Positions 63,929 to 64,000 of a stretch of DNA of 64,000 bases are shown piece by piece (the stretch's first letter is position 1; each line of letters opens with the position of its first letter). The notes under the pieces were generated by a model that ran no database searches, was not told the DNA's origin, and was given only the letters and a program-made list of their open reading frames with translations. The translations under genes were made by a program, and so were the position numbers. This DNA comes from Pecten maximus (lineage: Eukaryota): NCBI RefSeq assembly GCF_902652985.1, contig NC_047026.1:31372001-31436000 (forward strand). Direction: 5' to 3'.

Positions 63929-64000
63929 CTGTGGAATAGTTTGAATTTACTGTGGAATAGATACAAACTATTCAACAGTAATCAAAGAACTATTCCACAG
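63929..64000. repeat. Imperfect hairpin at the right edge of the window (CTGTGGAATAGTT ... AACTATTCCACAG)
   Basis: Two direct copies followed by two inverted copies. Confidence 0.65.

Overview
AT-rich, intron-rich eukaryotic (animal) genomic DNA. It is most likely a bivalve mollusc, inferred from the SINE, MITE and LINE types and the gene content. It is not prokaryotic, and most ORFs in the supplied track are artefacts of tandem repeats. Three spliced genes could be assembled by hand from GT-AG junctions with matching intron phases. (1) Minus strand, 25838 down to 5728 and running off the left edge: a secreted or membrane mosaic protein with signal peptide, Thr/Ser-rich mucin stalk, Ig domain, atypical C-type lectin-like domain and at least 3 LDL-receptor class A modules; it may be a GRL101-type receptor. 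(2) Minus strand, 39600-38176 with a probable third exon at about 36729-36624: a small secreted protein resembling the meteorin N-terminal domain. (3) Plus strand, 50581-56353: a complete 6-exon GT7 beta-1,4-galactosyltransferase-family gene with the GalNAc-transferase (bre-4-like) Leu and a C-terminal extension of about 165 aa. The rest is satellites and minisatellites (19, 20, 30, 51/59, 53/55, 61 and 100 bp units), MITEs and DNA transposons with TIRs/TSDs, a deleted mariner, tRNA-derived SINEs and LINE fragments. Several tandem arrays can be traced to their seed sequence inside the window: a splice acceptor, a SINE tail and an interspersed repeat. All calls come from reading the sequence; no database search was run.
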